A stretch of 61,010 nt of DNA, filler included, from Deltaproteobacteria bacterium (GTDB taxonomy: Bacteria; CG2-30-53-67), in the NCBI GenBank assembly GCA_013151235.1. It is 4 parts of 4 records of this genome, joined end to end, with 100 filler letters (N's around TTAATTAATTAA, not from the genome) between each part and the next. Parts side by side here need not be neighbours in the genome. Positions count along the whole stretch, not along the records: positions 49,263 to 61,010 come from JAADIO010000037.1; 3 more parts are not named here. One strand, given 5' to 3'. The position numbers were made by a program, and so were the translations under genes. Position 1 is the first letter of the stretch, and each line of letters begins with the position of its first letter. Below are positions 59,852-61,010 of the stretch, piece after piece. The notes under the pieces are model-generated. The model was given only the letters and a program-made list of their open reading frames with translations, was not told the origin of the DNA and did not search any database.

Positions 59852-60373
59852 GTGAAGGAACTGTACGGAACATTTTCCGAATGGCTCGATATTGTTGATG
59901 ACCGGGACCGGGTCGTCGGACGGATGAGGCGGGCGGAAGTCTATCGATTCGGCCTGACGAATTTCCGGGTTGTCAATGCATTTCTGGAAAACGCCGAAGG
60001 GAAGCTCTGGATCCCCCGCCGGACGGCAGAGAAGAAACTGATCCCCCTGGGTCTCGATACGAGTATGGGGGGCCATGTTAAGAGTGGTGAGACCTATGAG
60101 GAGGCCTTTGCCCGGGAGTTACAGGAGGAACTCGGTCTGGAGTTGATGAACGTCAATTGGAACGAGATCGGCTATCTTTCTCCCCACATGGACGGAGTCA
60201 CTGCCTTCATGAAAGTTTACCGTATTGAGATGGACAGCACACCCCCCTATAATCGTCATGACTTTATCGAAGCCTTCTGGCTGACCCCGAAGGAAATCCG
60301 GAAGAAACTCAACGAGGGGGATTGCGGCAAGGATGATCTTTCACGGCTACTGGACCGGTTTTATGGAGATTGA
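59852..60373 (+). CDS. NUDIX hydrolase (IPP-isomerase/YfcD-like)
   Basis: LDIVD..D.VVG, RR...K...P..LD...GGHV..GETYEEA..RELQEELGL. Confidence 0.9.
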   Translation: MKELYGTFSEWLDIVDDRDRVVGRMRRAEVYRFGLTNFRVVNAFLENAEGKLWIPRRTAEKKLIPLGLDTSMGGHVKSGETYEEAFARELQEELGLELMNVNWNEIGYLSPHMDGVTAFMKVYRIEMDSTPPYNRHDFIEAFWLTPKEIRKKLNEGDCGKDDLSRLLDRFYGD

Positions 60374-60631
60374 GAGGATTTCAAAAGGGATCATCGAATA
60401 GATTGAGTCATTGGCATTTCTGCAAAGAATAATCAGATGAGATGCCCCGATGGGGAGAAGTCGGGTCGCGTGTTCGCAGAGTCTGTTTCAATCACCCGGG
60501 GAAAGGTTTTGGCTTTTTCCGTGTCTTGAAGACCTTCAATGCGTCGCTCTGGAAAATGGATCCTCGACAGGAGGATTCCGCCTATATAAGCGTCTTCTTT
60601 CGAGATGACAAGCTTCCAAGGCTTGGAGGTG

Positions 60632-60804
60632 TGTAAATATTTTCCACAATCGTGCAAAACTTTTCACAATAGTGGAAAATGTTTTCCCTCTCCACCGACA
60701 TAACGGTCTTGCCTGGAGCCTTCATTTCAGGCAAAAAACCCGCTTTTATAAAGGGTTATCTCTTTTATGGGCCTTTCAGAGAAAAAGAGGTATAAATATT
60801 GCTT
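60632..60804 (+). promoter_or_regulatory. Putative sigma-54 promoter (60788-60804) with upstream enhancer boxes (TGT-N11-ACA at 60632-60648)
   Basis: AGGTATAAATATTGCT fits GG-N10-GC; TGTAAATATTTTCCACA plus two related boxes extending to about 60688. Confidence 0.55.
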
Positions 60805-60878
60805 GTAATTGAAGGGGGGGTATGACTTAATCCTTTACAAGGAAAATTACGGAAAAGGGGGGGCGAGGAGGAAGAGCC

Positions 60879-61010
60879 ATGAAAAAGATTATCGGAGTTA
60901 TTGTTGCGTTTGTTGTTTTGTGCCTCTTTTCTGCCGTTTGGCAGGCGGAGGCGATCCCGTTCCCGGGGTTATTGAAGTTCAACGGTACCAACACTTGGTG
61001 GTGCCAGGAC
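60879..61010 (+). CDS. Secreted protein, N-terminal fragment (possibly PEP-CTERM)
   Basis: GAGGAGG ribosome-binding site; MKKIIGVIVAFVVLCLFSAVWQAEA-IP signal peptide; runs off the window. Confidence 0.65.
   Translation, partial: MKKIIGVIVAFVVLCLFSAVWQAEAIPFPGLLKFNGTNTWWCQD

Noticed and set aside
60433-60657. Short ORFs of 64-74 aa after the NUDIX gene
   Set aside because: They have no recognisable motifs and overlap the putative enhancer region.

Overview
The window is four contigs or scaffolds of a fairly GC-rich bacterial draft genome or MAG. They are joined by artificial N/TTAATTAATTAA/N linkers at 12482-12581, 35542-35641 and 49163-49262, so adjacency across these points means nothing. 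Gene content and synteny suggest a Deltaproteobacteria-like anaerobe (inference). Contig 1 holds hisDCB, a REC-GAF-GGDEF cyclase and a cobalamin (cob/cbi) operon containing many small repeats. Contig 2 holds rsmD-coaD-aspC, a secreted S8 protease behind a c-di-GMP-I riboswitch and three tandem terminator-like hairpins, the rimP-nusA-infB-rbfA-truB-rpsO-pnp cluster, a dut-kdsC fusion, and a norCBQ locus with a diheme NorC and a bidirectional Crp/Fnr-type promoter. Contig 3 holds cdaA-folP-ftsH-tilS, ETF-QO, two-component genes, ccsA/resB and an HD-GYP gene. Contig 4 is accessory. It starts with the trailer end of a CRISPR array (9 repeats of 36 bp, no cas genes visible), followed by two lipoproteins and a PEP-CTERM protein. 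Next come the two most unusual operons in the window: an N-domain-less Clp ATPase + divergent sigma factor + double zinc-finger anti-sigma, then XRE + acyl-ACP-reductase-like enzyme + ClpP paralog + PhcB-like methyltransferase + cyclic-phosphate-processing-type receiver + NUDIX. All calls rest on motif recognition by eye; no database searches were run.
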